From a virus: a stretch of 38,019 nt of DNA. The DNA lies in IMG/VR virus record IMGVR_UViG_3300032883_000150, positions 1 to 38,019 of that record; one strand, 5' to 3'. Below the pieces are notes generated by a model. That model did not search any database. It had not been told where the DNA came from and worked only from the letters and a program-made list of their open reading frames with translations. Each line of letters starts with the position of its first letter. Position 1 is the stretch's first letter. Shown piece after piece: positions 1 through 5,037 of this stretch. The position numbers and the translations under genes were made by a program.

Positions 1-271
1 CATCCCTGGCAGCAACCCCGGCAGCATCCCAGGCAGCATCCCCGGCAGCATCCCTGGCAGCATCCCCGGCAGCATCCCCGGCAGCATCCCTGGCAGCAAC
101 CCCGGCAGCATCCCAGGCAGCATCCCCGGCAGCATCCCTGGCAGCATCCCTGGCAGCATCCCAGGCAGCATCCCCGGCAGCATCCCTGGCAGCAACCCCG
201 GCAGCATCCCAGGCAGCATCCCTGGCAGCAGCCCTGGCAGCATCCCTGGCAGCAACCCCGGCAGCAACCCA
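1..271. repeat. 12-nt tandem array (partial unit + 22 units), coding
   Basis: catccct followed by 22 head-to-tail copies of GGCAGCATCCCT. Variants occur only at unit positions 8 and 12. Array ends at 271 (ggttctccc follows). Confidence 0.95.
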
Positions 272-679
272 GGTTCTCCCGTAGGAGACATGCCACTCAG
301 GCAGCGGTTCGCCATGACAATCCAGATAGTGGATGGATTTGATTTCCTGAATGAAGTCCTCAACTGCTGCGAGGTCCAGTTTCCAGAGCGTCTGTGTCAG
401 CGCCTTGCGCCACTCCCGCCAGACCAATGCCTCCCACTTCTTCGGCGCGTCGGAATACCATGCCGGTAATGTCCCTGGTTCATCGACCTTGAACACCCAG
501 TCCGCCTTCTTCCTGGAGAATATGTCCTTCGGCGCGACCTCCAACCTGACGAAGTCGCGGTCTATCAGTCTGTCATCCAATATGCCGTGCTCGGCCAGTA
601 TCTCCTCGTGGCTGCTGTTTTTCGGCGACCAAAGCACCTTGCCGTCGCGTACTAGAATACAACTCCAAAAATTACACAT
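1..679 (-). CDS. Tetrapeptide-repeat protein, N-terminal part (136-aa globular domain + repeats); continues across the window junction
   Basis: ATG 679-677 has AAGGAG about 8 nt upstream and overlaps the TAA (674-672) of the upstream gene. My translation MCNFWSCILVRDGKVLWSPKNSSHEEILAEHGILDDRLIDRDFVRLEVAPKDIF...LPEWHVSYGRTW runs without stops into the array, in the frame (R/G/W)(D/V)AA. Not in the ORF track because it runs off the window edge. Confidence 0.8.
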   Translation of the reverse strand, partial: MCNFWSCILVRDGKVLWSPKNSSHEEILAEHGILDDRLIDRDFVRLEVAPKDIFSRKKADWVFKVDEPGTLPAWYSDAPKKWEALVWREWRKALTQTLWKLDLAAVEDFIQEIKSIHYLDCHGEPLPEWHVSYGRTWVAAGVAARDAARAAARDAAWDAAGVAARDAAGDAAWDAARDAARDAAGDAAWDAAGVAARDAAGDAAGDAARDAAGDAAWDAAGVAARD

Positions 680-962
680 GATTACGAGTCTCCTTGCGTG
701 CCTCCCTGGCATATTCACATTCTCCGGCCGCCTGCATGATCTGCTTGATGTCGGCGAGTTCTGACTCGATGTAGACTAGGGCATTCTTCGCTTCCATGGA
801 TGTCGGCAAACTCGAAATGCTCATGGTCTTTCCCGTATCCGAAGAGCCGGTAACGGTCCATCCCTCGGCTTGGTTTAGCATCGCGATCGCGCGCTGCAAG
901 CCCTCATCCACCTTCGCGAGCCTGGACGCGAGCGCACGGATATCCTTCTTGCTAAGCGTCAT
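672..962 (-). CDS. Hypothetical protein, helical/coiled-coil-like (96 aa)
   Basis: Internal ATG of ORF 672..1001 at 962, preceded by GGAGGTG + 5 nt. ATGA overlap with the stop of the upstream mini-gene. Confidence 0.65.
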   Translation of the reverse strand: MTLSKKDIRALASRLAKVDEGLQRAIAMLNQAEGWTVTGSSDTGKTMSISSLPTSMEAKNALVYIESELADIKQIMQAAGECEYAREARKETRNHV

Positions 963-1084
963 GTTTGCACCTCCGTCAGGTCCGCCCCGCACTGAGGACA
1001 CTTCCCAACGAAGTTCACGATCGGTTCATCGCATTCGGGGCAACGGGTCAACAGAGCGGCAAGGTCCTCCAGAAACGAGTTCAT
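959..1084 (-). CDS. Zinc-ribbon mini-protein (41 aa; CPEC...CPQC)
   Basis: My translation is MNSFLEDLAALLTRCPECDEPIVNFVGKCPQCGADLTEVQT. ATGA overlaps at both ends (1081-1084 and 959-962). Too short for the ORF track. Confidence 0.6.
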   Translation of the reverse strand: MNSFLEDLAALLTRCPECDEPIVNFVGKCPQCGADLTEVQT

Positions 1085-1239
1085 GCCTTCGCCTCCCGAT
1101 ATTCATTGATGTTCGTGCTTTTGCACTTGGGGCAGCCACGGACTATGACCGGTCCATCATTCCGCACTCGGACCAATTCATCTTCGCGGCTGATGTGCCC
1201 GTGCTTCACGCATCTGTAGTGTTTCATGCCGCGCTTCAT
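1081..1239 (-). CDS. Zinc-ribbon mini-protein (52 aa; C..H...CPKC)
   Basis: C-terminal part of ORF 1081..1434: MKRGMKHYRCVKHGHISREDELVRVRNDGPVIVRGCPKCKSTNINEYREAKA. ATG 1239 overlaps the upstream stop (ATGA). Confidence 0.6.
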   Translation of the reverse strand: MKRGMKHYRCVKHGHISREDELVRVRNDGPVIVRGCPKCKSTNINEYREAKA

Positions 1240-1745
1240 TCTGACACCTTGACCCATCTCCACTTCTCGCCGGGATTGCCTACCGCCTTCACCCTCTCGC
1301 CCGAACCGATGCGCACGACCTTGCCGTCCGAGTTGAGGTAGACCTTGCACGGCCCGCAGGCCTGGTAGTGCTTCCCGGTCTTGTCCGATACCTGGTCGAT
1401 GTCGCGGTTGTGGCACACGGGACAGAAGGTCCAATGCATGTGGTCCTTGTCATAGGGGAACTCGCCTGGGACGGTCTCGGATGATTTGTTCGGCGTCGTC
1501 TGTTCCTTCGGTGTTGGGGTGGTCGGCTTCGGAGCATCCTTCGTTTTCTCTTCGGTCTTCGTTACTGGCACTGGCACGGATGGGACTTCCTTCGGGAATC
1601 CTACTTGTTTCTCCAGTCCGACCATGCCGCCGTTGATGATGCTGGCGAACTCTGGATGATCTACCATATTAGCCAATTTGTCGGCCAGATAGAGCCAGTT
1701 CTGGGCGTAGAAATCTAGATATTCCTTGACGATGGAGACGACCAT
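1236..1745 (-). CDS. Hypothetical protein with Pro/Thr/Lys-rich linker and C-terminal zinc ribbon (CPVC...CGPC)
   Basis: ORF 1236..1838 trimmed to ATG 1745 (GGAGGC upstream, 2 nt after the upstream stop). Confidence 0.7.
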   Translation of the reverse strand: MVVSIVKEYLDFYAQNWLYLADKLANMVDHPEFASIINGGMVGLEKQVGFPKEVPSVPVPVTKTEEKTKDAPKPTTPTPKEQTTPNKSSETVPGEFPYDKDHMHWTFCPVCHNRDIDQVSDKTGKHYQACGPCKVYLNSDGKVVRIGSGERVKAVGNPGEKWRWVKVSE

Positions 1746-1747
1746 GC

Positions 1748-2041
1748 TCAAGCCTCCAGGACGACCTTCGCCTTGCACTTCGGGCAACCCGTCTTGATCT
1801 CGTACGCGTTCAGGACGTGATTCGGGCAGCACGGACATCGAACATTGAGCACCGCCGCAAGCGCCTCGCAGACCGCATCCCGCCGCTCCTCCGCCACCTC
1901 AAGGCCGTCAGTGCAGTCCTTGCACGGGTCAAGGTCCTTCATTTCCGCGACTCGTTCAAGTGCTATCAGGTCCGCATGGGCCTCGATCAGTTTGTCGTAG
2001 ACCCTGGACAGGGCCGCCGGGATGATGATGGGGTCGGCCAT
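1748..2041 (-). CDS. Hypothetical protein with C-terminal zinc ribbon (CPCC...CPKC)
   Basis: ORF-track ORF. ATG 2041 lies just downstream of the upstream stop at 2047. Confidence 0.75.
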   Translation of the reverse strand: MADPIIIPAALSRVYDKLIEAHADLIALERVAEMKDLDPCKDCTDGLEVAEERRDAVCEALAAVLNVRCPCCPNHVLNAYEIKTGCPKCKAKVVLEA

Positions 2042-2046
2042 CTCAC

Positions 2047-2370
2047 TCAGCCCCCTTCCTGCTTCTTTTCCTTCGGCGGCGGCCTCGGTATCGCCTTGTC
2101 GACGATGCCGAAGAGCCTCAATTGCTCCTCTAGGGCGCGCTCGTTCTCTTTCGGATCTCCGAGCAGGTCGACGTATGCCTTGCCGCCGATCCCGCCATTG
2201 CGCGTCCCCGCGACCTCAATACTGTCTCGGCGCTTTACGGAGTTCGCCAGCTCCCGTTCGATGTTCTCAAGACGTATACAGTCGTGTACATGCGCCTTCT
2301 CCAGTGCCTCGACCGCCTGTATCAGCCAGACGATCTCACCCTTCGTTGTCTGTGGTTCTGAGTTCTCCAA
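2047..2370 (-). CDS. Hypothetical protein (107 aa)
   Basis: TTG start at 2370, preceded by GGAGGGAT + 6-nt spacer. Confidence 0.7.
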   Translation of the reverse strand: MENSEPQTTKGEIVWLIQAVEALEKAHVHDCIRLENIERELANSVKRRDSIEVAGTRNGGIGGKAYVDLLGDPKENERALEEQLRLFGIVDKAIPRPPPKEKKQEGG

Positions 2371-2675
2371 CTTACGATCCCTCCTATTCGGTTCTGTGAA
2401 AATGATGAGATGGAGGGGTGGCCGGGCGGGGGTTGAGCAATGGACCTTCGTTGAAAGGAGGAATCTCCCCCGTCCCGGTCATGGAAGGCCGACGCACCGC
2501 AAGGGATGTTGAGAGCGGCGCATCGGTCATCTTTGAGTGGTAGGCCAGAACTTCCGGTGGGGAAGGTCCTAACGAAGAGAGTGGATTCTGGCCCACGTCT
2601 ATAGTAAGCATCCAGCACCGCCTCCAGGTCGGCGGAGCGGTCAGGAGAACGAGTGAAAACATAGGGGTGGAGCAA
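2322..2675 (-). CDS. Uncertain ORF in an otherwise unassigned 310-nt segment
   Basis: TTG 2675 preceded by GGGGGGAT + 6 nt, the same geometry as the start at 2370. A competing ORF 2384..2683 starts with an ATGA overlap on the 2680 stop. The C-terminal third is low-complexity. See finding. Confidence 0.3.
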   Translation of the reverse strand: MLHPYVFTRSPDRSADLEAVLDAYYRRGPESTLFVRTFPTGSSGLPLKDDRCAALNIPCGASAFHDRDGGDSSFQRRSIAQPPPGHPSISSFSQNRIGGIVSWRTQNHRQRRVRSSG

Positions 2676-2679
2676 GTTT

Positions 2680-2832
2680 TCATCCCCCCGGCTTGAAAGA
2701 TGCCTTCTTCGGCATCCGAATTATCTTATGATCGCGCGCCGCCGCATGGCGTATGAGGTTGGCCGCCGAGTGGCGCTTCATGCCGCATTCGCACCGTCCC
2801 TTGTATCGCACGGTCATATGGTGCTTGCTCAT
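2680..2832 (-). CDS. C2H2-type zinc-finger mini-protein (50 aa)
   Basis: MSKHHMTVRYKGRCECGMKRHSAANLIRHAAARDHKIIRMPKK... fits C-x-C-x12-H-x5-H. ATG 2832 preceded by GGAGGGAT + 5 nt, with ATGA overlap on the upstream stop. Confidence 0.6.
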   Translation of the reverse strand: MSKHHMTVRYKGRCECGMKRHSAANLIRHAAARDHKIIRMPKKASFKPGG

Positions 2833-3092
2833 CGCCCATCCCTCCAGAAGACTACGAGATAGATGAAGAACGAGACCATGCTGATGAGGAACGACGCTTC
2901 CGCCAGCTGCAGGAACGTCCCCAGCCAGGGTATCGCATCGATGAACAATGAGTCGAAGGCGACCCCATTGATGATTATCCTTGCAGCGAGGTAGAGCCAG
3001 ACCAACGTGCTGTACGCCCAGGCGGTCAACGTCAGGGCGCGCAGGATGCGGTAGGGCCATCCGGGCAGGCCGATGATGCGGTCAGTTGCCAT
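2829..3092 (-). CDS. Small integral membrane protein (87 aa, 2-3 hydrophobic helices)
   Basis: ORF-track ORF with hydrophobic stretches LTLTAWAYSTLVWLYLAARIII and FLISMVSFFIYLVVF. Confidence 0.7.
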   Translation of the reverse strand: MATDRIIGLPGWPYRILRALTLTAWAYSTLVWLYLAARIIINGVAFDSLFIDAIPWLGTFLQLAEASFLISMVSFFIYLVVFWRDGR

Positions 3093-3234
3093 CTGGATCA
3101 GACTCCCCGAAGAACTCTGAGACGGCCCGAGAGATCGCCTCGGTCCTGGTGGCGAACCTACCCGACCGGACGGACCTCATGACCTTTGCGTCCAATTCGG
3201 GTTTCAATCGAAGGCTTACCACCGGCGTGTTCAT
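3082..3234 (-). CDS. Ribbon-helix-helix (CopG/Arc-like) DNA-binding protein, 50 aa
   Basis: MNTPVVSLRLKPELDAKVMRSVRSGRFATRTEAISRAVSEFF shows the beta-strand + two-helix pattern. ATG 3234 has no SD and a TATA-like box about 27 nt upstream. Confidence 0.75.
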   Translation of the reverse strand: MNTPVVSLRLKPELDAKVMRSVRSGRFATRTEAISRAVSEFFGESDPDGN

Positions 3235-3337
3235 TGAGGCTTGTAATACATTGAAGGATATAATCTTTTCGCTTGTATCTTTTGATAATAATTGGGCTAA
3301 ATCTATATATGACCACCCACTGTTTTGTATTACACCT
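3235..3337. promoter_or_regulatory. AT-rich divergent promoter/operator region between two RHH genes
   Basis: ATTATAT (3258-3264, read on minus) with GAAAAG upstream. CTATATAT (3303-3310, plus). TGTATTACA immediately upstream of both ATGs (3242-3250 on minus; 3326-3334 on plus). Confidence 0.6.
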
Positions 3338-3541
3338 ATGCCAAAGAAGACGGCATCAACGACGAACGTGATCGTAACAGTGAGACTTCCGGCGGGAATC
3401 AACGACGAGATGGACCGACTCCTTGCCACGAGAAAGACGGATTATTCAGACCGCTCTGACTTCTTGCGATGCGCCATCAGGAAGGAGGTGGAGTTCCAGC
3501 GCAAGAAGATAAGTGGACAGATCATCGAGGTGCGAGGATGA
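3338..3541 (+). CDS. Ribbon-helix-helix DNA-binding protein, 67 aa
   Basis: Internal ATG of ORF 3086..3541: MPKKTASTTNVIVTVRLPAGINDEMDRLLATRKTDYSDRSDFLRCAIRKEV. TATA-like box about 31 nt upstream and no SD. Confidence 0.75.
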   Translation: MPKKTASTTNVIVTVRLPAGINDEMDRLLATRKTDYSDRSDFLRCAIRKEVEFQRKKISGQIIEVRG

Positions 3542-3794
3542 CCCGTAATTCATCCCTGCAACCCTCGATGACCTTCCGGCAGGTTTCGTATTCCTGCGGT
3601 TCTATCGGCCTTTCCAACGATAGGGTCAACGTGAATGCTATTGGCGTTTTGAAAGCCCCCTCGCCTCTCAGGGTTTTGCAGCCTATGAGTATTGGGGCAG
3701 GATTCCGTTGCGCGTCGACTGTTAAGAACCTTTCGGCAAGATTAGCGAAAGCGGTATCTCTGCGGTCCAGCAGGAAGAAGACCGTCGTATTCAT
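3522..3794 (-). CDS. Uncertain antisense ORF (90 aa), protein-like composition
   Basis: MNTTVFFLLDRRDTAFANLAERFLTVDAQRNPAPILIGCKTLRGEGAFKTPIAFTLTL... uses ATA/AGA/AGG codons like confident genes. It conflicts with the plus-strand ORF 3538-4101. See finding. Confidence 0.35.
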   Translation of the reverse strand: MNTTVFFLLDRRDTAFANLAERFLTVDAQRNPAPILIGCKTLRGEGAFKTPIAFTLTLSLERPIEPQEYETCRKVIEGCRDELRVILAPR

Positions 3795-4101
3795 GGTGAG
3801 TCTAATTATCATGGCCGCGCTCCTCCTTCTTTTCCTGGGACCGCTGCATCGGCCCGAGATCAAGTTGACGGCGGATGGCGGAAGGTATCTCGTGATCATC
3901 AATTACATAGAGGGAGACATCATTCACCGGCTCAACTTCGACGGCACCGGCCATTTCGAATGGAAGATGACCGGAGCGATGACGGCCAATATCGTCGTCG
4001 AGAGCCGAGATCGAATCAATGTCGTCGTCAAGGCATATATCGATGGCCGTGTAGTCGATTCGCAGATCGGCCTCACCGCAACAGCCTGTGCGAGCCTCTA
4101 G
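3793..4101 (+). CDS. Membrane-anchored beta-rich protein (possible superinfection-exclusion type); may start at 3538
   Basis: TM segment MVSLIIMAALLLLFLGPL followed by a beta-rich domain. Alternative ATG 3538 overlaps the RHH stop (ATGA) and would add an 85-aa basic N-tail ending SSRKK before the TM. Confidence 0.6.
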   Translation: MVSLIIMAALLLLFLGPLHRPEIKLTADGGRYLVIINYIEGDIIHRLNFDGTGHFEWKMTGAMTANIVVESRDRINVVVKAYIDGRVVDSQIGLTATACASL

Positions 4102-5033
4102 GCGCTCAGTCTGACGAACACCAGGGGGGTGGCCCCAGTGCCATTGGTGACCGTCGGGAATGTTCCGGGCAGGGCGCCATAGGTCTGGGCGGCATAGTAG
4201 TAGTTGATGCCGGCGGTTCCAAGGGTATTGTCGAATCCGAGAACATTCAGGACGGCGGCCACCGGCGCGGCCCTCACCGCGTGCGTGGCGTTGTTCGACA
4301 GCATAGCCAGCCAATACGTGTTGCCGCCCGTCAGGCTTTGAACGCAAGCGACGGTCTTGACGCCCGTCGTTGTATTCACGGTTACGCCAGCATCGATAAG
4401 AAGCGTTCCCGGTTCGTTGTTGTTCGTGCAGTTGTAGATCCCGAGGCGGCAAGCAGCTCCGCTCGCGGTCGTCGTGACGTTGATGGCGATGGTGTCCAGG
4501 ATGATGGTCTTCGGGCAATAGAATGGGATGGCGTACATGCGGCCCGATGCCAACGCTCCGCTCGCTCCCAGCGCCGTTCCTGTGGTTGGCATGGTGTACC
4601 AATGTTCGCGCGTGGACCCGGTGCGGCGGCAGGATGAGACGTCCAGCGGCAGGATCGGCGTCCCTGAAAGCGAGGCGTAGGCGATCTGCGCACCATCCCC
4701 GCCGTTGTGGTCGTGCGAGTCCCCGTTGGTCACGCCCCTGTTGCCAGCCGCGACATCGTTCGCCCCCGTCCCCACGTTCTTGGCGGCGGAATCGCCCAAC
4801 GTCGGCTTATTGCCAAGGTTCGTAAAGTCGATCTGAGCGCCGTCGCCTCCGTAATGGTCATGAGCGTCGCCGTTCGTCACCCCGCCAGTGGCTAATGTCA
4901 CGTATTTCAGGCCGATGTCTTGAGAGGAATCGACCGTCAGGACCTGCCCATCCGAACCCGCGGGCAGGACCTTGAAGCGCCCCACCTTGAAACCCCCGAC
5001 CGTCAACGCGCCTTTCGTGTATTGGCTTGCCAT
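4098..5033 (-). CDS. Tail fibre / receptor-binding protein
   Basis: Last gene of the tail block. N-terminal GSDGQVLTVDSSQDIGLKY fibre-type motif. Duplicated NGD(A/S)HDHxGGDGAQI motif. Gly/Thr/Asn-rich C-terminal domain. Confidence 0.8.
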   Translation of the reverse strand: MASQYTKGALTVGGFKVGRFKVLPAGSDGQVLTVDSSQDIGLKYVTLATGGVTNGDAHDHYGGDGAQIDFTNLGNKPTLGDSAAKNVGTGANDVAAGNRGVTNGDSHDHNGGDGAQIAYASLSGTPILPLDVSSCRRTGSTREHWYTMPTTGTALGASGALASGRMYAIPFYCPKTIILDTIAINVTTTASGAACRLGIYNCTNNNEPGTLLIDAGVTVNTTTGVKTVACVQSLTGGNTYWLAMLSNNATHAVRAAPVAAVLNVLGFDNTLGTAGINYYYAAQTYGALPGTFPTVTNGTGATPLVFVRLSA

Positions 5034-5037
5034 GTTC

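Noticed and set aside
1-271. CRISPR array or collagen-like repeat interpretation of the 12-nt array
   Set aside because: Units are head-to-tail with no spacers, so this is not a CRISPR array. The period is 4 codons rather than 3, and the coding frame is Ala-rich rather than G-X-Y, so it is not collagen-like.
351-764. Plus-strand 137-aa ORF
   Set aside because: Ser/Leu/Arg-rich antisense shadow of the minus-strand N-domain of the repeat protein.
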